This document shows, one piece after another, positions 11,325-19,715 of a stretch of DNA of 21,996 bases. The stretch is from NCBI RefSeq assembly GCF_006345805.1, contig NW_021823733.1, forward strand, positions 1-21,996, given 5' to 3'. The translations under genes were made by a program, and so were the position numbers. Every line of letters starts with the position of its first letter. Position 1 is the stretch's first letter. The notes beneath the pieces were generated by a model. The model saw only the letters and a list, made by a program, of their open reading frames with translations, ran no database searches and had not been told where the DNA came from. Origin of the DNA: Octopus sinensis (Eukaryota).

Positions 11325-11539
11325 AGAACAGTTAACCATCCTCCATCATCTTCGGAGTTCGTCGATCTATCAGAAATAGCAGACAAATCTCCCTCAGATT
11401 AACAAACGCTGCCATTTTGTCTTTAAAAACAAATTTCCCATTTAAAAAGATTCATTCTGCTTACTTCTAAAAAGGACGATAATGTCACAGCGGAAATGCC
11501 CTTTATTAATAACTAGGGGATTGACCTGGGGCTAAACAA
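11325..11539 (+). mobile_element. 3' part of a SINE family ending GACCTGGGGCTAAACAA
   Basis: GAAATAGCAGACAAATCTCCCTCA..GGAAATGCCCTT..GACCTGGGGCTAAACAA. Related GAAATAGCAGC remnants occur near 13350 (+) and 16320 (-). Confidence 0.5.
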
Positions 11540-11579
11540 AGTGGAAGACGATGACAACAACGACCAGAACGAATTCCAG

Positions 11580-12500
11580 AACCACCACAACCACCATCAT
11601 CACCATCACCACCAACATCATCATCATCATCACTAACGCCACCACCACCAGTACCAGTGGCCAACACCAATATTATTTTTCAGTACCACCACCCACGCTA
11701 TTACCATAATTACCACTACCACAACCAGCACTACTGCCACTCCCACCAGCATCACCACCACCACTACCACTATCAACCCCACCACCACAACCCCCACCAC
11801 CATCGCCCACGCCTCTGCTATGATAATAATTTCAAAAAGTTACTCCTGTATTTCTAATTGCAGAAAGACCATCACGACGAAAAACACCACCATTAAAAAT
11901 CGTCAGTACCATTTCCATCGTATAAACTACCATTGTATAAGCCAATACAACCAGAACCACCACCACCAATACCACCGACCAAGATCAACATTACCACCAC
12001 CACCACCACCACCACTAACATCACCACCACCACCACCACCACCTCCACCACTACCGCCAACATTAACGCCAACGCCGTCGCCACCACCACCGCTGCCGCC
12101 GTCACCGCCCCTTCACGTTACCATCACCCCCCCCCCGCCGCCGCCTTACTTCACTGTCACCGCCGTTGCAACCTCCTCCACCACTACTTACTTCACCACC
12201 ACCACCACCACCACTGCAACAACAGCAACAACAACAACATCAACTACAACAATAACAACAAAATCACAACAACCACTAGCAACATCCCAGCCGCCGCCAC
12301 CACCACCACCACCACCACCATCAGCGCAACTGCTATAGAAATAATTTCAGAAACTTACTCCTATATTTTCAATTGCAGAAACACCATCACGACGCCAACC
12401 ACCACCACTACCATTAAAATCACCATTACCATAAAAGTCGTCAGCATCTACGTCATCACCATCGCATAAACTTCCACCGTATAAGCCACTACGACTAGGA
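11580..12500. repeat. Degenerate (CAC/ACC)n region containing an old ~515 bp-period duplication
   Basis: ATAATTTCAAAAAGTTACTCCTG.. at 11826 matches ATAATTTCAGAAACTTACTCCTA.. at 12341. Confidence 0.85.
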
Positions 12501-12504
12501 CCAC

Positions 12505-12955
12505 CACCACCAATACCACCACCACCGACCAATACCACCACCGACCAACACCACCACCGACCAATACCACCACCGACCAACACCACCACCACCAACACCA
12601 CCACCGACCAATACCACCACCGACCAACACCACCACCGACCAACACCACCACCGACCAACACCACCACCGACCAATACCACCACCGACCAACACCACCAC
12701 CGACCAATACCACCACCGACCAACACCACCACCGACCAATACCACCACCGACCAACACCACCACCGACCAACACCACCACCGACCAATACCACCACCGAC
12801 CAACACCACCACCGACCAATACCACCACCGACCAACACCACCACCACCAACACCACCACCGACCAATACCACCACCGACCAACACCACCACCGACCAATA
12901 CCACCACCGACCAACACCACCACCGACCAACACCACCACCGACCAATACCACCGC
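12505..12955. repeat. 16-bp minisatellite (YACCACCACCGACCAA)n, about 27 units
   Basis: The 16-nt unit is read directly from the sequence and is consistent with the 16-aa (48 nt) periodicity of the spurious minus-strand ORFs. Confidence 0.95.
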
Positions 12956-13499
12956 CTCCCGCAACGCCAACACCACCGACTAACAACAGCGTCATCAACA
13001 TCACAACCGCCATCGCTGCTATCGCAACCACCATCACCACTCTCCACCACTGCTGCCAGCACCACTACTAAATTCTTTAAATTTTCAATCTTGGATTGTT
13101 TTTCCTTTTTGTATTTCTGAATCGCTGTAGTATGATTAGAGAAAGCATTGGCACATAATTTCAGCGTTTAAATATATTAAAAATGAAACTTGTAGATTCT
13201 CTCCGTTAACTGCATGTGTTAACTATTATCAGTTAACTATTGTTCAATGAGTAGCGGGGAATGACAACATCAAGGTATTATATTTGCTTATTTGACTACA
13301 CGCATTGACTGGCCAATGCAGATGGGCAAGAAAGGTCGCTTCACCTGTTAGAAATAGCAGCTAAATGTCTTTGAAGCTATACTTTGTAGAGTTAGAAGTA
13401 ATAAACAAACAAAAAATAAACAAAAGAACGAGATATTGAGAGATGGTAAGATTTGGCTTTCATCATTTCAGATAAGATAAAAATTATGAAATAGTCGAG

Positions 13500-13590
13500 A
13501 AAACTGGTTTAGCGAGATTGTTGATATGTCGGGGCAAATGCGTTGTAATATTTATTTAGTTTGGCTCTTTGCAATCTGAGCTCAAATTCA
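13500..13590 (+). mobile_element. Decayed Meta-like SINE head fragment
   Basis: GTCGGGGCAAATGCG..TCTTTGCAATCTGAGCTCAAATTC resembles the head of 2-222 and 6241-6463. Confidence 0.4.
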
Positions 13591-13683
13591 GTTTAGAGCC
13601 GATGGTAAGGGCGAATAATTCGACGATGGAGAAATCACCGAACCTGCGAATTGAACGTTAACATTTATATCATCTTTATAAGG

Positions 13684-14199
13684 ATGAACGACATTCTGAA
13701 AACACACAAACTCATCAAATGTAGAAAGCAAGACAAATAGCTAAAGAGACTACTAACAAATGCAAAGCTTTACAAATCATCCACGAAACCAACGGTTGAA
13801 AAATGTGGACGCCCAAACTGTGGAACCTGCCCCAACCTACTTGAAGTCTCGGATTTCCTTTTCGAACAAGGACAGTTCACAATTACAACTAGTTTCACTT
13901 GTGCCTCTGAGAAACCAATTTATGTAATAACCTGCTCGGGTTGCGGGCACAACCATATTGGACGGACGAGTATGACCTTCAGAAAGAGAACCACTCTACA
14001 TAAAGAGCAAATCCGTTTTCCGCAATACAGGCAAATTCTTCTCAGTGAACATATAGAAAAATGTGCAGATAGCATCAAACCAAATTTCAGAGTCTTCCCC
14101 TTCTACCAGTGCAAAGACACAATATCTCCACAAGAACGTTTAAATAAAGAAACTTTTTTCATTGAAAAATACAGAACACGTGTTAATATGCAAGCATAA
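13684..14199 (+). pseudogene. Penelope-like GIY-YIG endonuclease C-terminal fragment
   Basis: Frame +1 reads MNDILKTHKLIKCRKQDK*LKRLLTNAK..CGRPNCGTC..FTCASEKPIYVITCSGCGHNHIGRTSMTFRKRTTLHKEQI..LSEHIEKC..ERLNKETFFIEKYRTRVN. There is one in-frame TAG (13738-13740) and the frame is open 13741-14199. It shows IY..HIG (YIG variant), a CCHH-type Zn motif and a Cys-rich linker (Neptune-like, inferred). Confidence 0.9.
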
Positions 14200-14489
14200 C
14201 CAACTTTTATTTTCTTACATATTTCAATTCACGATTACATCACTGTACATAAATCCCCTCACTAAACAAGTTTTTCGAAACCTGTTTTTGTATGTAGATA
14301 TATACTCCCCCCCCATTACCGAAAGCTGAACAGTTATCTCCCTTACCCACAACAATAACAATAATAACGATAACCAATTACCTCCCCTTATTTTTCTACT
14401 TGTGAAGTCATTCACTCGTAAATATCATCACACACAACATGGACAAAATTTCTTCTTAAGAAAATACATATTCAAATAAGTAAAACATA

Positions 14490-14524
14490 ATATCATGAAT
14501 AGCGATAGCGAAACCGGTCGGTAT
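14490..14524 (+). ncRNA. Decayed minimal type I hammerhead in PLE 3' UTR
   Basis: ATATC-ATGAATA-GC[GATA]GC-GAAA-CCG-GTC-GGTAT: 5-bp stem I, palindromic stem III ACCGGT, GTC at 14517-14519, and a core with 2 mismatches to CUGANGA. Confidence 0.55.
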
Positions 14525-14780
14525 ATCAAAAATTATATTAAAACTATGTAAAGAGTGCGTATTTTCCTTTTATACTTTCTTATATACATTACAACTCACA
14601 ACGTGGGGATAATCGAAATTCCTCCTCTCTGTTACTACTACTACTATATATATAAACATCGTGGCCATTTTCCCCCCGTCTTCCTTTGCTCCTGACCTTT
14701 CCTTTATGTCCTGTTTCTGCATAATGCTTTGATCGGAAAGGAAAACCACCATTTTTTCCTTACTTGAGCATCTGCTAATA

Positions 14781-15202
14781 CTTTCGTGCAAAATTTGGTT
14801 TAATCTCTCTTCATCGAACTCAACTGAACGCCAGAACGAGGTGCGTCTTTCACGTCAAAATTTCCATTTTTGAACTTGGTATACCAATCAAGAGCGGTTC
14901 CTTCAGCTATGGCACTCTCTCCATACACAGCACAATTGTCGCTAGCAGCTTTTGCGTCCATAGAACCTTGAGTAAAAGCGTAAAAGAAGCAGGTGTCGAA
15001 AATGCTCGTTTTTCGTAACTTGACATTACATTTTAATGATCTGAAAATAAACAAAAATTAACTAAAATTAACTAGAAAAAAAGCAAAATAGATTCCAAAA
15101 CGATTCAAAAATAGAATTCTCGAATAAAATAGATTTCAAAATTTAAAAACCTAATAAATTCCAAAATTTTTAAAAGCGGTGGCATCTTAGTTGCCAGCCC
15201 AA
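14781..15202 (-). mobile_element. Mariner transposon 5' fragment (ITR + pseudogenised HTH region)
   Basis: TA at 15203-15204, then ITR TTGGGCTGGCAACTAAG (mellifera-subfamily-like). The frame from ATG 15031 reads M*CQVTKNEHFRHLL/..AAS DNCAVYGESAIAEGTALDWYTKFKNGNFDVKDAPRSG/VEFDEERLNQILHE, with a stop and two frameshifts. Confidence 0.9.
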
Positions 15203-15205
15203 TAT

Positions 15206-15651
15206 ATCGCCTGGGGCTAAATGCATCAGTAACACCCCCACCGCCCTGCCCTGTCCCTAGCCACATTCGGATGGCTAACCTCCCTTATGTTATGGAGCAG
15301 TTACTGTATATACCTCGTTTAGAGAATTATTATTGCTGTCGAACAGATTTTCTACATCAGTAAATGTATTTACTGTGAAAATCTTTATATAGATAGCCTG
15401 CACAGAGAGTCGTTCGTCGAGGGGCGGTGCCTGCCATACGTTGACGAGAGGCAAACACCTTGAAACCTGGGTCCGTATGTGGCATCCGCTTCTTCGGGGA
15501 ATGATCTCCCTTTGCAGGCTAGAGGACGCCGTGATGGCGTCAGCCCTTCTGGTGACGTTGATGATCGCCTGGGGCTAAATGCATCAGTAACACCCCCACC
15601 GCCCTGCCCTGTCCCTAGCCACATTCGGATGGCTAACCTCCCTTATGTTAT
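15206..15651 (+). mobile_element. Candidate non-LTR retrozyme: 358-bp unit with 88-bp terminal direct repeat and type I hammerhead
   Basis: 15206-15293 is identical to 15564-15651. The unit contains an internal hammerhead (15424-15489) and extensive self-complementarity, and is flanked by TA-rich sequence. Confidence 0.7.
15424..15489 (+). ncRNA. Full-size type I hammerhead ribozyme (C3U and C11.1U variant)
   Basis: Stem I: GCGG-TGCC-[TGC]-CATACG pairs with CGTATG-[T]-GGCA-[T]-CCGC. Core TTGACGA (15441-15447). Stem II GAGG[CAAACA]CCTT. GAAA (15462-15465). Stem III ACC[TG]GGT. Predicted cleavage after C15473 (GUC). Confidence 0.82.
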
Positions 15652-15744
15652 ATATATATATATATATATACATATATGTGTGTGTGTGTGTATGTATGTA
15701 CATACATACATACATACATACATACATGCATGCATGCATGCATG

Positions 15745-15813
15745 CAAGAGGTTGCTGAAAAGTTCCTGGCTTAAAGGGTACCGTGAAAGGTCTGGTTGCA
15801 GGTCTAACCTTCT
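15745..15813 (+). mobile_element. Terminal fragment of a mariner-derived MITE
   Basis: CAAGAGGTTGCTGAAAAGTTCCTGGC resembles (TA)CGAGGG.TGCTGAAAAGTT mariner-type ITRs. The partner ITR was not found. Confidence 0.5.
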
Positions 15814-15912
15814 GATATATATATATATATATATATAAGTATATGTATAATTCTTTTTCCTCCACTCACTCTCTCTCCCCAAGTATACATACATGTATAC
15901 ATACATACATTG

Positions 15913-15959
<47 letters not shown>

Positions 15960-16003
15960 TGTCGGATAAAATATGTTGATATTTCTTTACGTCTCTCGAC
16001 GCT

Positions 16004-16159
16004 GTCAGTTTAAATCCCGCACACATTGACTTTCCGTCTCACTTTTCAGACATGAATAAAACAAGTCGCAGCAATCCAATGGCATTGATACTGATACAAT
16101 CGGCTATATATTGGCTGAAGGCAGTGCCCCAGCTTGGCCATAATCAAATGACTGAAACC
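16004..16159 (+). mobile_element. Decayed SINE fragment: Meta-like core joined to the CAGCATGGCC..AATGACTGAAAC tail
   Basis: AGTTTAAATCCCGC..TTGACTTTCCGTCTCAC, followed by AAGGCAGTGCCCCAGCTTGGCC..CAAATGACTGAAAC. Confidence 0.5.
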
Positions 16160-16346
16160 ATGTCTAACGGCAACATAGATGCACCGCCGTTGGTTTGTAT
16201 AAACACGACTTTCCTCTACACAGCAGGCATCAGGGTATATACATATATATATGTACCCTCTACGTAATAGAATATATCCTTAATTATCACAGTAGGGTGT
16301 AATATGTTGTAATTTGAGGGGAATTTAGCTGATATTTCTGTCATAA

Positions 16347-16504
16347 GCTCAGGCGTGGCTGTGTGGTAAGAAGTTTCCTTTCCAGCCACGTGGTTCTGGA
16401 TTCAGTTCCACTTCGTGGCATCTTGGGCAAGTGTTTTTCTAATATAGCCTCATTATAAAACCTTGTGAGTGGGTTTGTTAAGCAGAAACTGAAAGAAGCC
16501 TCTC

Positions 16505-16555
<51 letters not shown>

Positions 16556-16774
16556 CGTGTGTGCTTCTGTGTCTGTGTTTGTCACAGCGCTTGACAAGTG
16601 GTGTTTCTACGTCATCGTAAACTTAGCGCTTCGGCAAAAGAGATTGATAGAATAAGTACCAGGCTTTACACAAGAAAAATAAGTAATGACGTCGATTCGT
16701 TCGACTATAAATTCTTGAAGGTGGACACCCAGCATGGCCGCAGTCTAATGTCAGAAACAAATAAAAGGTAAAAG
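16347..16774 (+). mobile_element. Full-length tRNA-derived SINE (2318-2721 family) with internal (TG)n
   Basis: GCTCAGGCGTGGCTGTGTGGTAAG..GGATTCAGTTCC..GGCATCTTGGGCAAGTG..(TG)n..CAGCATGGCCGCAGTCTAATG..AAAAG. Confidence 0.85.
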
Positions 16775-17021
16775 TTATTCGAGCAGCTGCAAAGAAGCCA
16801 CAATATTCGGTTTATTGATTGCATGTCCATAAAACCGCTAAAATGCGAGTGTATATATTCTTCGTTTCTTACAAACTGAACCTGTTTGTGTATAGGTCTA
16901 TTTCGTACGAAAGTGTAATTTCTTGTGTATATTTCGAGTTTGCGAATATGAACTTCTGTACGTGTGCGTGGTCTGATCAATAAGTATACGAACTTATTTA
17001 CATTATTTACATTCGACGGAC

Positions 17022-17115
17022 ATTTGTCCTCATCTTGTCTGTTGTTAACGCAACGTTTCGGCTGATATACCCTCCAGCCTTCGTTGTGTTAACAACAAGC
17101 AAGATGAGGACAAAT
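17022..17115. repeat. Fold-back inverted repeat (34-bp arms) enclosing half of a minus-strand hammerhead
   Basis: Arms 17022-17055 and 17082-17115 differ at 3 positions. Read on the minus strand, the loop region is GA-A-GGCTG[GAGGGTATAT]CAGCC-GAAAC-GTT. Confidence 0.8.
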
Positions 17116-17715
17116 ATGTGCCAAGCAGCTTTACCCTGCGTGCTTCAGCTTCGTTACAATGGCAACAGTCCGGGTACTTTATTGATTAAGAACTCATATC
17201 GAAAATCTCAGTGCGTTACGCATGAGCTTTACCCCTGCAAATATATATTCCCCATCGCCATGTGATACCGATTTTATGCCATAATATGATATTTGTTTAT
17301 TCCTACCATCTTCAGTATAGTATGTAGATTTTAGTAGATTTTTTTCATACCGAAACGGGAAGTAAGATGAAGATTCTCTAAGTTTGGAAGTATCCTGTGG
17401 CTAACTTTACCGGATGACAACATAAAATTACTGATTAGTTTTTAATTTAATTAATGCTAATTAATGAGACACAATATATAACACACGCCTTCATACATAT
17501 ACATGCATGTGTGTGTATACGTGTGCGTGTGCATGTGTGTGAGCGTGTGTGTGCATGAAAGCATGTATGTGTATTGGTGAATGTATGTATGCATATATAT
17601 ATATATAAGTATGTATGTATATACTTGTATGGATGTCAGTTGTATGCGCAGCTTAAAGTTTTTAGTGCATCACCCTGTGCCTACGTTTGCTTGTGTGTAT
17701 GTGTATGTATATGTA

Positions 17716-17752
<37 letters not shown>

Positions 17753-17938
17753 GTGTATTTATCTTTCTATCTCTGTATGTATGTCAGTTGTATACGCAAT
17801 TTGGAGTTTCTAGTGCATATTGTATGTTTGCATTCTATTGTAGGTGTGTATATATATATATGGGTGTGCGTGCGGGTGCGTATTTGTATATGCATATTGT
17901 ATTATACTTGTAAATCCATATATCATAAATGTGTGTAC

Positions 17939-17973
<35 letters not shown>

Positions 17974-17978
<5 letters not shown>

Positions 17979-18268
17979 TGTTCCTTCTCGAGCCGTGCCT
18001 GGCTCATTAGGGCCAGTTTTCCGGTTTCCTTGGAGTATAGGTTCCCCACCTGAACGAAACGCCGGTCCGTCGCAGGTGAGCTGCAAGATACAAGAAAGAG
18101 TGAGAGAAAATTATAGCGAAAGAGTCAGCATAAGTTAGCCATTACCTTTTGCCGCGTGGAGCTTAGGTGTTTCGCTCATAAACACACACATCACCCGCTC
18201 TGAGATTCGAACCCGCGATCCCTCGACTGCGAGTCCGCTGCTCTAACCACTAGGCCATGTGCCTCCAC
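17974..18268 (-). mobile_element. tRNA-derived SINE inserted in (TA)n
   Basis: The minus strand reads GTGGAGGCACATGGCCTAGTGGTTAGAGCAGCGGACTCGC..GGGTTCGAATCTC, with tail GGAAACCGGAAAACTGGCCCTAATGAGCCAGGCACGGCTCGAGAAGGAACAAACAA. Confidence 0.9.
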
Positions 18269-18317
<49 letters not shown>

Positions 18318-18379
18318 ATAACGGGAAGGTTTACGAAAATAAACAAAAGACGATATATATATGTATGCATATATATATC

Positions 18380-18412
<33 letters not shown>

Positions 18413-18439
18413 TATATATGTATACACACACACACACAC

Positions 18440-18514
<75 letters not shown>

Positions 18515-18709
18515 CAGTTGTATTTATCTTTCTATCTCTGTATGTATGTCAGTTGTATACGCAATTTGGAGTTTCTAGTGCATATTGTATGTTTGCATTC
18601 TATTGTAGGTGTGTATATATATATATATATGGGTGTGCGTGCGGGTGCGTATTTGTATATGCATATTGTATTATACTTGTAAATCCATATATCATAAATG
18701 TGTGTACGA

Positions 18710-18743
<34 letters not shown>

Positions 18744-18744
<1 letters not shown>

Positions 18745-19039
18745 TGTTTGTTCCTTCTCGAGCCGTGCCTGGCTCATTAGGGCCAGTTTTCCCGGTTTCC
18801 TTGGAGTATAGGTTCCCCACCTGAACGAAACGCCGGTCCGTCGCAGGTGAGCTGCAAGATACAAGAAAGAGTGAGAGAAAATTATAGCGAAAGAGTCAGC
18901 ATAAGTTAGCCATTACCTTTTGCCGCGTGGAGCTTAGGTGTTTCGCTCATAAACACACACATCACCCGCTCTGAGATTCGAACCCGCGATCCCTCGACTG
19001 CGAGTCCGCTGCTCTAACCACTAGGCCATGTGCCTCCAC
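18744..19039 (-). mobile_element. Duplicate of the 17974-18268 SINE
   Basis: Part of the tandem duplication. Confidence 0.9.
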
Positions 19040-19093
<54 letters not shown>

Positions 19094-19496
19094 ACGGGAA
19101 GGTTTACGAAAATAAACAAAAGACGATATATATATGTATGCATATATATATCTATATATATATATATTATATATAAATAAATAATATATATGTATACACA
19201 CACACACACACACACAGATATATATATTATAATATATATATATACATGTATTGTATTATATAATTATAGTGCTCAATACAGATGTAGAGTAATATATTGC
19301 CATTCATTAAGCGTCACTAGTATGCGTAATTTGGGTGATTTGCTAGCTTTCGCGTGATTATAACTGCTCTTTCAGGCCTTCTATCTCGACTTACTTGTAT
19401 TGAAATCGAAAATGCAATAACAGGAAATGTTGTGTAACCACTAAACCTTAGGTAACATCTATGGTTTGGTTACTCGTGGTGCCTAACGCATTATAT

Positions 19497-19660
19497 ATGT
19501 ATATACCAGAGTAAGTACAGAAATGTGAAACAAAGTGGGAAAAATAAAACCCGAATTCCGGAGGCAGAGTAATATGTTTTATTATTACAGCTGCAAAAAC
19601 TTCACAAAAAATATCACAAAAAATTGCTACTCAAAGTTTCTCGTTCCCGTTCGTCCGACG
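19497..19660 (-). mobile_element. Penelope-like 3' terminus with decayed hammerhead
   Basis: The minus strand reads CGGACGA-A-CG[GGAA]CG-A-GAAA-C-TTTGA-GTA, then AATAAA and a T-rich tail running into TA repeats. Confidence 0.4.
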
Positions 19661-19715
19661 ATATGATGTGCAGCTTAGGCATGACATAAAAATCATAAAT
19701 ATTAGTATTCAACTT

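Larger units (their letters stand above)
13590..14586 (+). mobile_element. 5'-truncated Penelope-like retroelement (linker + GIY-YIG endonuclease + 3' UTR with hammerhead relic)
   Basis: Contains the endonuclease frame, then a ~290 nt 3' UTR, a hammerhead-like motif at 14490-14524, ATTAAA and a T-rich terminus. Boundaries are approximate. Confidence 0.8.
17754..19225. repeat. Near-identical ~770 bp tandem duplication (17754-18450 / 18519-19225)
   Basis: Non-microsatellite sequence is identical apart from a 1-bp C-run indel (about 18021 vs 18791). Microsatellite lengths differ between copies. Confidence 0.95.

Noticed and set aside
11820-13065. 170-210 aa ORFs on both strands (poly-T/P/H, GGGVGRWW repeats)
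   Set aside because: They arise from CAC triplets and the 16-bp minisatellite. All frames are open, which is typical of stop-free repeats.
13617-13652. AATTCG/CGAATT stem enclosing ACGA..GAAC
   Set aside because: It would need loss of CUG, one A of GAAA and the cleavage triplet, which is too degenerate.
14262-14290. Second GAAAC..GTT in the PLE 3' UTR
   Set aside because: It has no recognisable CUGANGA core or stem II.
15258-15286. Hairpin AGCCA/TGGCT followed by CTAA-CCTCCC, suggestive of an HDV-like ribozyme 3' end
   Set aside because: I could not build P1, P1.1 (GG) or an L3 UCCNCG on either strand.
15206-15651. Direct repeat-spacer-repeat pattern as a CRISPR array or LTR pair
   Set aside because: There are only two 88-bp repeats in a eukaryotic context, with no cas genes, no TG..CA termini, PBS or PPT, and no 4-6 bp TSD.
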